DNA from: an uncultured Paludibacter sp.
Lineage (GTDB): Bacteria; Bacteroidota; Bacteroidia; Bacteroidales; Paludibacteraceae
DNA length: 64,000 nucleotides
Direction: 5' to 3'
NCBI GenBank assembly: GCA_963678465.1
Contig: OY782858.1
Coordinates: 877,810 to 941,809, forward strand
Both the position numbers and the translations under genes were made by a program. Under the pieces are notes generated by a model. The model made no database searches. It worked only from the letters and a program-made list of their open reading frames with translations, and had not been told where the DNA came from. Shown one piece after another: positions 41,991 through 51,293 of this stretch (position 1 is its first letter; each line of letters starts with the position of its first letter).

Positions 41991-42647
41991 ATGAAAGCAT
42001 TATTAATGGGTTTGTTATTTGTCATTTTATCAATGACAGCTATGGCACAGCAGCAAGGAAAGTACTTCTTTGTAAAATCGGGTCATATTGAATATACACT
42101 TGGTGGCAATACTACCGGAACAAAATCGGTTTGGTTCGATAATTACGGCATGCTGATGTACACGATTACAGAAAGTACAACTACCGTAAAAATGCTGGGA
42201 ATCAAATCGACAACTTCGACAAAGGAACTCGAAATCAGAAAAGGGAATACAATTTGGAAAGCTGACTTATTGCAAAAAACTGGTTCAAAAATGAGTATCG
42301 AAACACAAACCGAAGTAGGCGAAAAACTTACAAAAGGTAAAACAGATGCTCAACTCCACGAAATGGAACGAAAAGTAATTACCGATATGGGAGCTAAAAT
42401 TGAAGGTTATGAAACCTTTTTGGGGAAGAACTGCCTCAAATTTAAATGGGGAACAACAAAATTCCTCCAATACAAAGGCATTCCGCTAAAATCACAGGTT
42501 TCAACTTTGGGAGTTAACTACACCGAAACAGCAACAAGCTTTGAAACCAATGTTATAGTACCCGCCACCAAGTTTGAAATTCCAACCAGTGTGAAATTCG
42601 AAGATATGGGTGAAATGATGGATATGCTACAAAATGGAACAAATTAA
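41991..42647 (+). CDS. Exported hypothetical protein
   Basis: Signal peptide ending AMAQ; beta-rich; GYETFLGKNC motif. Confidence 0.8.
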   Translation: MKALLMGLLFVILSMTAMAQQQGKYFFVKSGHIEYTLGGNTTGTKSVWFDNYGMLMYTITESTTTVKMLGIKSTTSTKELEIRKGNTIWKADLLQKTGSKMSIETQTEVGEKLTKGKTDAQLHEMERKVITDMGAKIEGYETFLGKNCLKFKWGTTKFLQYKGIPLKSQVSTLGVNYTETATSFETNVIVPATKFEIPTSVKFEDMGEMMDMLQNGTN

Positions 42648-42668
42648 TCACATTAATAAATTATTAAA

Positions 42669-45608
42669 ATGAAAAAAATTACTCTATTCGTTTTATTGCT
42701 GGCTATTATTCAAATAGCTAAAGCACAAACAGTTCTAAAACCTGGCGATATAGCTATCGTTCAAGTGAACTACACTTTCAATTCGTTCGATTTTGTGTGT
42801 TATGTGGATATCGAGGCCGGTACCGAGATTTGGTTTACCGATTATGCTTTCAGCAATACGTTAACAGATTTCGACAAAACGACCACATACGATGGTATAT
42901 ACAAATTTACAGCTGCTCAAGCAATTCAGGCAGGTACAGTTATACAGTACCGCAATTCTTCCAATGTAAATTCGCAATTCACAGCCGTTGCTGGTAGCAG
43001 TTCACTGAGTTTAATGTCTTACAAAAATCGATTTTTGTCTGGAGAGAATTTAATTGTTTATCAGCAAAATAGTTCATTGGTAACTTATCTTTTTGCTTTG
43101 GGTTGGATGCGCAAAGATAATTTTGCAATAAACCCAAATAATTCAAATGCGAAAGTGTGCGATATTCCTTCTGGACTATCAAAATCCAACTATACTGTTA
43201 TTCAAATTGATTCAGTGATGAAGCCCGGACAAACGCCTCAGTTAGCTCGCGATTTTCGGTATAACAAATACGATGGATTTACAGGTACTGCCTCCAAAAT
43301 TCGCTTTTGGTTATCCAATACTTCCAATTACGATACTTTTAGTGGCTATTACAACAACGATGCGGTGCCCAATTTCACTGTTTTAGATCCTGATACGCAA
43401 GCGCCTTCGTTGTTATATTCATATCCACATAACGAAAAAACAAATACATCTATTCATGGCATAGGTATTTTTAAATTCGATGAACCGATGATTGCTCTGA
43501 AAAGTCTTATTTTAAGAAACGCAACTTCAAATGAGATAATTAAAACATACACAACAGTTGATATTGAAATTGAAAAAGATTCAACAGTAAAGTTTAAATT
43601 ATATCCTTATTTAGAAAAAAGCACATCCTATTCGCTCACAATACCAAAAGATTATCTGAAAGACTACGATGGTAATACCTGGCCGTCGGAAAGTTTGACT
43701 TACAATTTTGCTACAAGTGCCAATAAAAGTACTATTGAATGTTGCTTCCCTGATAATAGCGGCATTATTGTCAATCCATACTTTTCGGAATGTGCAGTGA
43801 AAGATGATTTGAAATGGACAACAATCAGACGCACATCAGATGAATATGGTCATGTCTGCGTGGGCTATTTTTCGTGGACAATGTCGGGGTTGCCAATGAA
43901 GTTCTACATGAGCGAAAATGTTGAAAGCAATACTTCCATTCCTGATTTTCCTGTATATGGTTTATGGAGCACAAATAATAATTCCAGACTTGTGGTAGAT
44001 CTTACTGGTATAACTCACAATGTTACAGATATTGTCAGCCATGTGTATGATAATTACAGTGCTTTTTTTCAAAAAACCTATAGTGGACTAAATTTGGTAA
44101 GCGAAAAAACATTCTCGGGATTTACCGGCGATAGAACTGGGTATATGCATTTCGAAAACGGAAATGCCACAAAATTAGATTCAATCGTTTTCTATGGATA
44201 TGAGGGGCGGTTAATATCGTTTAAAATGGAAGTTATTGATAAATATCCACCTGTCGTTGAACTTGGCAACTCACGCGTACTATGCGAAGGCGATTCGCTA
44301 CAATTAGATGCAGGACTAACCTTAGGGGCATTGTACGACTGGAATACCGGTGCAAAAACTCAAAAAATATGGGTGAAAACTTCCGGAACATACTCGGTAA
44401 CGATTAAAAATAGCCTCGGACAGGCTAGCGATAATGTGTTAGTAACAGTTAAGCCTGTAATCTCACTTTCAATACCCGATACTATTTATGCTTGTGTGGG
44501 CGACACCGTCACTCTTACAGCGGGTACAAATACCGAAAACTCGTATTTTTGGAGTCCTGCCGGACAAACGACGCCATCAATTCAGGTTACTCAAAGTGGA
44601 ATATATCATGTTTTGGTAAATAATGGATTTGGTGGTTGTTTCAGCACAGACTCTACACGTGTCATTTTTAAAGGAGCCAAACTGCACGCTTACCATTATC
44701 AGGGTGGTAGCTATGGTACCGGTGATGTCGTAGCCGAATTGTACCGGAAAAATAGCGATGGTAAATTTAAGCTCTATCGTACTGCTGATATGCTGCAAAT
44801 GGTTCATTTCGATTCCATAGCCAGTGGCGAGTATATTTTGAAATCGCGATTTGTGAATTACAGCTTTGTGGGCGAAAATCCCTGGCTGGATACCTATCAC
44901 GATGGAAAAACCGAATGGGAAAAAGTGACTCCATTTAAATTAACTTGCGAGACTGATACCATGATTGGTTTTATGATTGCCCGTAAACCCGTATTCGAAT
45001 TCAATGGCACTGCCATCATTTCGGGAACTGTGGCTGTTGTTGGTGTGCAAAAGTCACCCGGAATGGTCAGGATGATTAGTAATACCGATTGCGATACCAG
45101 AGTGCTGTTGTTGAATAGTTTGGGGGAAGTGATTGCCACACAATGTCCAGATGCAAACGGTAATTATAGTTTCACGAATTTGCCTGCCGGAAGTTATAGT
45201 ATTGTGATTGAACGTACCGGATACGAAATGACTGAGCCTGTGACCACTGAACTCGACGAAGGCGAGCAGGTTGTTAATCTAAACTTTACAGTCGACGAGG
45301 AAACTCAGACAGTGGTAATTGGTATTACGACAGCAATTTTTAATCAATTATTTGAATCAGATAAAACCGTGAATGTATTTCCAAATCCAGCCAGAGATGT
45401 TCTGAATATAAAAATTGATACAAACGATAGCAAACAAGCCCGTATCGTTCTGACTGATCTTATCGGACAGCAAGTGCTAATGCTTCAGCGGGAACTGAAA
45501 CAGGGTGTTAACTATCTGACTATTCAGAATCCTGGCTTAAAAGGAATATACATTCTGACAATAGTTGCTGATGGGCCTAAAATCAACAAAAGGGTAATTT
45601 TTGAATAG
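42669..45608 (+). CDS. Large multidomain T9SS-secreted protein
   Basis: Signal peptide; GDIAIVQVN N-domain; Big_5-like APSLLYSYP...FKFDEPM; two Ig repeats (YDWNTGAKTQKI, YFWSPAGQTTPSI); carboxypeptidase-regulatory-like segment; CTD VFPNPARD...GIYIL. Confidence 0.85.
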   Translation: MKKITLFVLLLAIIQIAKAQTVLKPGDIAIVQVNYTFNSFDFVCYVDIEAGTEIWFTDYAFSNTLTDFDKTTTYDGIYKFTAAQAIQAGTVIQYRNSSNVNSQFTAVAGSSSLSLMSYKNRFLSGENLIVYQQNSSLVTYLFALGWMRKDNFAINPNNSNAKVCDIPSGLSKSNYTVIQIDSVMKPGQTPQLARDFRYNKYDGFTGTASKIRFWLSNTSNYDTFSGYYNNDAVPNFTVLDPDTQAPSLLYSYPHNEKTNTSIHGIGIFKFDEPMIALKSLILRNATSNEIIKTYTTVDIEIEKDSTVKFKLYPYLEKSTSYSLTIPKDYLKDYDGNTWPSESLTYNFATSANKSTIECCFPDNSGIIVNPYFSECAVKDDLKWTTIRRTSDEYGHVCVGYFSWTMSGLPMKFYMSENVESNTSIPDFPVYGLWSTNNNSRLVVDLTGITHNVTDIVSHVYDNYSAFFQKTYSGLNLVSEKTFSGFTGDRTGYMHFENGNATKLDSIVFYGYEGRLISFKMEVIDKYPPVVELGNSRVLCEGDSLQLDAGLTLGALYDWNTGAKTQKIWVKTSGTYSVTIKNSLGQASDNVLVTVKPVISLSIPDTIYACVGDTVTLTAGTNTENSYFWSPAGQTTPSIQVTQSGIYHVLVNNGFGGCFSTDSTRVIFKGAKLHAYHYQGGSYGTGDVVAELYRKNSDGKFKLYRTADMLQMVHFDSIASGEYILKSRFVNYSFVGENPWLDTYHDGKTEWEKVTPFKLTCETDTMIGFMIARKPVFEFNGTAIISGTVAVVGVQKSPGMVRMISNTDCDTRVLLLNSLGEVIATQCPDANGNYSFTNLPAGSYSIVIERTGYEMTEPVTTELDEGEQVVNLNFTVDEETQTVVIGITTAIFNQLFESDKTVNVFPNPARDVLNIKIDTNDSKQARIVLTDLIGQQVLMLQRELKQGVNYLTIQNPGLKGIYILTIVADGPKINKRVIFE

Positions 45609-45646
45609 GAAATAAGTCTGAAAAGGATTGTGTGAGTTTTTTTTTC

Positions 45647-45691
45647 GAACCCCGATAGTTATGAGATTCTGGTCTATAACTGTCGGGGTTC
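45647..45691. repeat. Long palindrome (REP-like or terminator) between convergent genes
   Basis: gaaccccgatagttat-13nt-ataactgtcggggttc. Confidence 0.65.
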
Positions 45692-45754
45692 AGTGTGTCG
45701 TTGGCAAATTATCGATTGATAATTTGAATCTCAGGTTTCATATAATTTAGAACT

Positions 45755-46540
45755 TTATTGCCCATACACATGCACGCTATTTTTTGCCGAAGGTAAATAA
45801 TTTACACCTTTCCATGTAATCATAAGGCATAAAAATGCGAAAATCAACATCCAAAGCGCTGTTTTTCGGTATTTTATATTCCAGCGAATGTGGATATAAA
45901 AAAGGTAGGCTGCAGCTGTGACAAAGGCCCAGGTTTCCTTCGGATCCCACGACCAATAATGTCCCCAGGCAGCTTTTGCCCACACTGCTCCCATCAGCAT
46001 TCCCAACATCAGTAATCCAAATCCTACATAAACTAAATTATCAGTGAATTCCAACAGATTTTCATCATCATTTTTATTAAATTTATAAAGTTGTTTAATA
46101 CCAACAATTGTGGCTGCTCCTAAAATAGCATACGAAAGAATATAAGCTGTTACGTGAGGAACAAACCATACGCTTTGAAGTGCAGGCATTAGGTTTTTGG
46201 AATGAATTTCAGGCTTTACTATGTTTATAATCACAAATATCATTGCCACAAACAGGCTGTAACTCAACATCCACCGGTAACGCCATTTGGCATAAATAGC
46301 TGACCCAACAAGCACAATAAAAAACGAATACCAGAGCCGTGTTTCTCCCATTGTACGCATGGGAGGACGCTCCAGATTTATCCAGAGTAGTGTTATAAAT
46401 GTGCCGAAGATAACGAATCCAAGTGCTGTAAGCCATAAACCTAAACGCTTTTTATGGCTAAAAAGTAATAAGCCAAAAGCACTCACCCAACATGCCAGAG
46501 TGGCTATGGCAAACCAATTAAAACTATCCCAACTTATCAT
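45755..46540 (-). CDS. ccsA: Cytochrome c biogenesis protein CcsA (System II)
   Basis: WFVPHV, and the WWD motif WAKAAWGHYWSWDPKETW. Confidence 0.93.
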   Translation of the reverse strand: MISWDSFNWFAIATLACWVSAFGLLLFSHKKRLGLWLTALGFVIFGTFITLLWINLERPPMRTMGETRLWYSFFIVLVGSAIYAKWRYRWMLSYSLFVAMIFVIINIVKPEIHSKNLMPALQSVWFVPHVTAYILSYAILGAATIVGIKQLYKFNKNDDENLLEFTDNLVYVGFGLLMLGMLMGAVWAKAAWGHYWSWDPKETWAFVTAAAYLFYIHIRWNIKYRKTALWMLIFAFLCLMITWKGVNYLPSAKNSVHVYGQ

Positions 46541-47805
46541 TGTTTTTTCTCCTTTCTCTTATTGTATCCAATCCAGAATAAACACAAACTTCCAATAGCA
46601 CAAAGCACAATTCCAAGATAAACCACATTAATCCAGGGATCGTAAACCAGTTCAAAGCTGCTGTAGGAAGATGCTTTTCCCGCATCGTTATCGTATCCAT
46701 ATTGATAAATGGTCCAGTTTCCAACTTTCAATGGCTTGTTCACTTCAATTATGGCAGCTACTTTTTCGCCCCGGGCTGTTACTACTTCTATGTCCGAAGC
46801 ATATCTTTTGGCTTCGGGGCGGGTCATTACCACGCTTAATTTATCGTTCAGGTGGAGAGGCATATACAGTTGAGCATAATTACCACAACATACCCAACCA
46901 CTCAATTTTTTACCTGTTTTTATCTCGTTTACACTGATTTTTGCAGCCGGACACGAGCCCGGCATATAAATTTCGTGATACGTCATAGCACTATTGCGTA
47001 TGGCATCCATGTAAAAAGTATCTACCCGTATTTTCCAACCCTCAATTTCTATTTCCGTTTGTTTGTCGGCCAATTGAAAATATACAGGATTTTTTACAGG
47101 AATTGCTTTGCCAGAAACCCGGTCGATAATGGTCAATTTGGGAGCATATTCCTCCATTATAAAATCATTGAGCGTAATGGCTATTGGCAGCTCCAACACA
47201 TCTTTATTTTCGCTGTACACCCGCCATTCGGGTATTTCGGCTCGTTCTTCCACATACATCACGTAGCGCTTCATGTCCGAAGCTCCAAAGCCAGAGGCAA
47301 ACAGAAGGATTAAAAGTCCGATATGATTGAGATAGAATGCATAATCTTTCCAGCGTGGAGTTTTCAGTCGGTTAATTACAGCTCCGAACAATGCCAGTAA
47401 TGTGAAATAATAAATCAGAATAAATGGCCAGGAGCTTGTCATGCGGGTGAAGCCAATGATATCGAAAACTCCGGGTTTAGCGGCTAAGGTACCAACAATT
47501 TGAGGTGTAAAGCCCATTATAATGGTCTGGATAAGTAGCGCCGCAATTAATGTTACGGAGAAAGGCACACCGGCCAACCATTGGAAGAAAAAGTTCCGTT
47601 TGCATAAGGATAAAAGAAAAACTACTGAAAGGCTGCCCAAACCTAAAATGATATTGATAGGCCAGTCGATATTAGAAAACTTAAAAGAGCCAACCGTTAA
47701 TTGCAGCATCATACCCACAATGTAAATACCTGCAACAATTAATATTGTTTCGGTGAAATGCCAGGGCTTTTGCCAGATTGGTTTCTTTGTTTGTTGGTTT
47801 GTCAT
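46537..47805 (-). CDS. ResB/CcsB-like cytochrome c biogenesis protein
   Basis: N-terminal TMs, FYLNHIG, periplasmic domain, IYQYGYD, LVYDPW; sits between nrfA and ccsA. Confidence 0.85.
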   Translation of the reverse strand: MTNQQTKKPIWQKPWHFTETILIVAGIYIVGMMLQLTVGSFKFSNIDWPINIILGLGSLSVVFLLSLCKRNFFFQWLAGVPFSVTLIAALLIQTIIMGFTPQIVGTLAAKPGVFDIIGFTRMTSSWPFILIYYFTLLALFGAVINRLKTPRWKDYAFYLNHIGLLILLFASGFGASDMKRYVMYVEERAEIPEWRVYSENKDVLELPIAITLNDFIMEEYAPKLTIIDRVSGKAIPVKNPVYFQLADKQTEIEIEGWKIRVDTFYMDAIRNSAMTYHEIYMPGSCPAAKISVNEIKTGKKLSGWVCCGNYAQLYMPLHLNDKLSVVMTRPEAKRYASDIEVVTARGEKVAAIIEVNKPLKVGNWTIYQYGYDNDAGKASSYSSFELVYDPWINVVYLGIVLCAIGSLCLFWIGYNKRKEKKQ

Positions 47806-47844
47806 GTTTCGAAAGTTACAGTAATGTTGAAAAGTGTATTTAAC

Positions 47845-47872
47845 AAAACACCCTGCAACTGCAAGGTGTTTT
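47845..47872 (-). terminator. Intra-operon hairpin after nrfA
   Basis: aaaacacc-ctgc-aact-gcaa-ggtgtttt. Confidence 0.6.
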
Positions 47873-47886
47873 TAAGGTTGAATGAG

Positions 47887-49389
47887 TTAGCCTTCGGTAG
47901 AGATAAGTTTCTTTTTCTCTTTCGCTGATTTAATCCACTCGGGCACCATCGTTTTCTTGAAAATTTCCTTTTTGGCGTTAATTGTTTTCATATCGAGTCC
48001 GATATAGAGTTGCGCTTTTTCTTTGGTGCTGATATCCGGCATTGGAGCTTCGGTTTTGCCAAGGGCAAAAAGCACTTTTTGCAATGCAAACATGGCCTGA
48101 TGCGTTTTATCCAAACTGTGCGAAAGAATACGTTGCGTTTCTACTGGAGCGTGGAAAGCAGCACCGTGCGAAGCAAATATAAAATCCCAACGCCATTGAG
48201 CCTGACGAATCAGTTTCAGCACAGGTTTCATTTGCGCTTCGGTAGCTCCATTTTCCCAGGCAAATTTTGCTGTGATGTGTACCTGAGCCAAATCTTTTTC
48301 AACAATATTTCTGACTTCGATTACTTTGTCCTGATATTCGTAAACGTATCCTTTAAGCTTTTCTTCAGTGTCTTTGTGGCAAGTCTGACAAGTGCTGGCT
48401 ACGTTTTTCAAAGGACTCATAATCTGGTGGTCGCTGTATTTAATGCCACCTTCCGATTTATAAGGCATATGGCAGTCGGCACAAGCCAGTCCGCGTTGGG
48501 CGTGAGGTCCCATCATGAATATCTCATAATCCGGATGTTGAGCTTTCAGCATTGGGGCTTTACTCAGTTTATGTACCCAGTCGACATGTTCAATTTCGTC
48601 GTAGTATTTCTCCATATCTTCTACAGTACTGCCTTTGTCCCAGGGGAAAGTCAGGTATTTGCCTTCTCCTTTAAAATAATATTCAACATGGCATTGAGCA
48701 CACACCAGACTCCTCATTTCCTGTGGAGTAGCTTTCATAATATCTTTTCCCTGTCGTTGAAATGCTTCGATAAGCCCGGGACGGGTGATTGTAAGATTCA
48801 TTGTCAATGGATCGTGGCAATCGGCACAACCGATGGGATTTACGATTTCGGCACCCATTTTCGACCATTTTCCGGCATAAAACTCTGCAATTCCTTTTTC
48901 GTGCATCATGCGCGGAACATCCGGGCTTTTGCAGGTCCAGCAAGTGGCCGGTTGTGTGTCGCCACCTTCATGATCAGGCGAACCGGTTCTAACCGTGTTT
49001 CGTACATCCTCTATTGCATATTTATGACCGCGGGGTGCTTCATATTGCATTGCAAAAGCATATCCGGCCCATAAAACCACCATTTCCGGGCGTTCCTCAA
49101 GTACATCTTGTTGCATATTGCCTAGATGTTTGCTTTTGAAATCCATGTCGGCTGTTTTGGCCCAGGTACTGTATTCGCGTGGATAGTTTTTGCCCCATAA
49201 TTCGTTGCGTGGTTCAATGCCCGAAATTTCAATTCGTTTATTGTCGAATATACCGGCTACTTCGGCACGACGTTCCGTGACAGAGGCTGCCAGCAAACCA
49301 AGTAGAAATACGCCACCCAATACAACAAAAAACAGAACCCAACCAAATATGGGTTTGTTTTTTATAATTCCTAATAACTTGTTAAACAT
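47887..49389 (-). CDS. nrfA: Ammonia-forming cytochrome c nitrite reductase catalytic subunit
   Basis: CWTCK (Lys-ligated heme 1) plus CADCH, CAQCH, CADCH, CQTCH; KAQHPDYE; SHGAAFHAP. Confidence 0.97.
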   Translation of the reverse strand: MFNKLLGIIKNKPIFGWVLFFVVLGGVFLLGLLAASVTERRAEVAGIFDNKRIEISGIEPRNELWGKNYPREYSTWAKTADMDFKSKHLGNMQQDVLEERPEMVVLWAGYAFAMQYEAPRGHKYAIEDVRNTVRTGSPDHEGGDTQPATCWTCKSPDVPRMMHEKGIAEFYAGKWSKMGAEIVNPIGCADCHDPLTMNLTITRPGLIEAFQRQGKDIMKATPQEMRSLVCAQCHVEYYFKGEGKYLTFPWDKGSTVEDMEKYYDEIEHVDWVHKLSKAPMLKAQHPDYEIFMMGPHAQRGLACADCHMPYKSEGGIKYSDHQIMSPLKNVASTCQTCHKDTEEKLKGYVYEYQDKVIEVRNIVEKDLAQVHITAKFAWENGATEAQMKPVLKLIRQAQWRWDFIFASHGAAFHAPVETQRILSHSLDKTHQAMFALQKVLFALGKTEAPMPDISTKEKAQLYIGLDMKTINAKKEIFKKTMVPEWIKSAKEKKKLISTEG

Positions 49390-49430
49390 ACCTTTAGATT
49401 TTGAGGTTGAAAATATTTAATTCTTATAAT

Positions 49431-50015
49431 TTACTTCATTGCTTTTTTGAGCCATTCCGGAACAGGCGATTTAGGAAGTGGCGTTAGTGGTGCATTTGGT
49501 GATGAAACAATACTGCTTATTCCTCCGTGAGGTACCTGTCTGTGGCAGTCCCAACAAGCTTTCCCTATCCCTTTTTGAGTGTCAGCGTAACTAATGGCTG
49601 TATTTTTCAGGCAACTTGAGGTCAAATCAGCATGACATCGGATGCAGTTGTCCATAATCACTGCATAACTTTCTTCGCGGGGGCGAATGGCGATAGGTTC
49701 CATTCTGAGTGTGAAAATAGCCGAATGATATAATCCATCTTTTGCTTTAAAAGCGTATTTTTTGAATGCATTATCGTGTGGCACATGGCAATCGTTGCAG
49801 TTACTCCATTGAGCATGTGAGCTATGGCGCCATGTTTCGTAATAAGGAGTCATGATATGACAATTCACACAAGCCGACGGGTCATCGGACAGGTAAGAGT
49901 GGATTCTTGCCATATATCCGGTGTAAAAAACCAAACCAACAACAATCCCTCCAATAATTGCCAACGGAATTCTTAATTCTTTTGGAATAGCAAAAAATTC
50001 AACTATCTTTTTCAT
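49431..50015 (-). CDS. nrfH: Tetraheme quinol dehydrogenase NrfH
   Basis: N-terminal TM and four motifs CVNCH, CNDCH, CIRCH, CWDCH. Confidence 0.95.
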   Translation of the reverse strand: MKKIVEFFAIPKELRIPLAIIGGIVVGLVFYTGYMARIHSYLSDDPSACVNCHIMTPYYETWRHSSHAQWSNCNDCHVPHDNAFKKYAFKAKDGLYHSAIFTLRMEPIAIRPREESYAVIMDNCIRCHADLTSSCLKNTAISYADTQKGIGKACWDCHRQVPHGGISSIVSSPNAPLTPLPKSPVPEWLKKAMK

Positions 50016-50363
50016 TCATCAATCTGTTCAGTATCCGTTTAAATAAAACTTAAAATAATACGATATGAGTGAATATTTCCCAAATGTAGTAAATGATTTT
50101 TAGATTCTGTATCGAAAATCACAAAAAATGTTTAATAACATAAAATACACAAATTGAGTGCTGAGATATTGATTAAAAAAACATGAAAGTGTTTCACAAA
50201 AAACTTTTCTGAAGCACTTCATAGATGAATTTTCACTGCTTTTGCCGAACATTCTTTTTTAATAATTTGAATTTTTAGCGCAATAAAAAATTATTTTACG
50301 ATAAATCAGTCTGAAATTTTAAATTTTCAATTAAATTTGCAAAAACTCTAAAAATCAATTGTT

Positions 50364-50516
50364 ATGTCCATCTGGCGCGTTATTCTTTGTATTATTTTTC
50401 CACCTTTGGCCATTGTAGATAAAGGCTGTGGATCGTTCATAATTGTATTTTTACTTACTCTCTGTGGTTGGGTTCCCGGTGTAATTGCTGCACTGATTAT
50501 CAACAACAAGAAATAG
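50364..50516 (+). CDS. YqaE/Pmp3 family small membrane protein (50 aa; not in the ORF track)
   Basis: MSIWRVILCIIFPPLAIVDKGCGSFIIVFLLTLCGWVPGVIAALIINNKK, with PPLA and GWVPG signatures. Confidence 0.9.
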   Translation: MSIWRVILCIIFPPLAIVDKGCGSFIIVFLLTLCGWVPGVIAALIINNKK

Positions 50517-50723
50517 CAAAAAAAAGAAATATACTTTTTGTGCCCGTTAAATGCAGTGATGAATGTATCGGTTTCTGCATTTCGGTTGATTTGTACTTTC
50601 GACTTTAATAATCTGAAATACAAATTATTGTGTTTTGATAACTAATACAGCTTGTATATTTGATCTTGCGTTTTTTATTAATGATTTTTTTTGTACTTTT
50701 GTACATCTAAAAAATTCATATTC

Positions 50724-51230
50724 ATGGAACAACAATCTGAAAAATCGTCGGTACTTTACGGTCTACTTTATATCGGTGGTTTACTCTCATTAAAATTCTT
50801 ACTGTCAGCGCCTAAAATAGGTTTTCTAAGTGTGATTTCGTTTTTTATCTCCGTATTGGTTTTGTTTTTGTTGTACAAATTTGCAATTCAATACCGCGAA
50901 AATTTTCACAATGGCGCTATTAGTTATTGGAAAGCATTTTCGTTTTTGTTTAAAATCTATTTTTTCGGATCTGTCATTTCAGCACTGATCATTAGTATCT
51001 ACACTTCATTTATAAAACCTGATTATCTGGCAAGTTTGCTCAACGATGTACTCACGATGTACGAATCGATGAATATTAATGTTGACGATACAACCTATAG
51101 TTTAATAGAAGGTTTTTATAGGCCTGTCCCAATGCTGTTTATAAACATATTTTCGGCTGCATTCGGGGCTGCATTTTGGGCATTGATCGTTGCAGCTTTT
51201 GTAAAAAAAGAAAAAAGTATTTTCGAATAA
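50724..51230 (+). CDS. DUF4199-like membrane protein
   Basis: Four TMs, YRENFHNGAISYWKAF, IIKPDY-like segment; directly upstream of a GT2 gene. Confidence 0.75.
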   Translation: MEQQSEKSSVLYGLLYIGGLLSLKFLLSAPKIGFLSVISFFISVLVLFLLYKFAIQYRENFHNGAISYWKAFSFLFKIYFFGSVISALIISIYTSFIKPDYLASLLNDVLTMYESMNINVDDTTYSLIEGFYRPVPMLFINIFSAAFGAAFWALIVAAFVKKEKSIFE

Positions 51231-51293
51231 AACAGAAGGTAGAGCTGTTTCAGCAAAGAACCCTCATTTTTTAGGATTTGAAAAATTGTAAAC

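Noticed and set aside
33800-45700. Integrative or transposable element carrying the accessory block
   Set aside because: No integrase, transposase, tRNA target or flanking direct repeats are visible.
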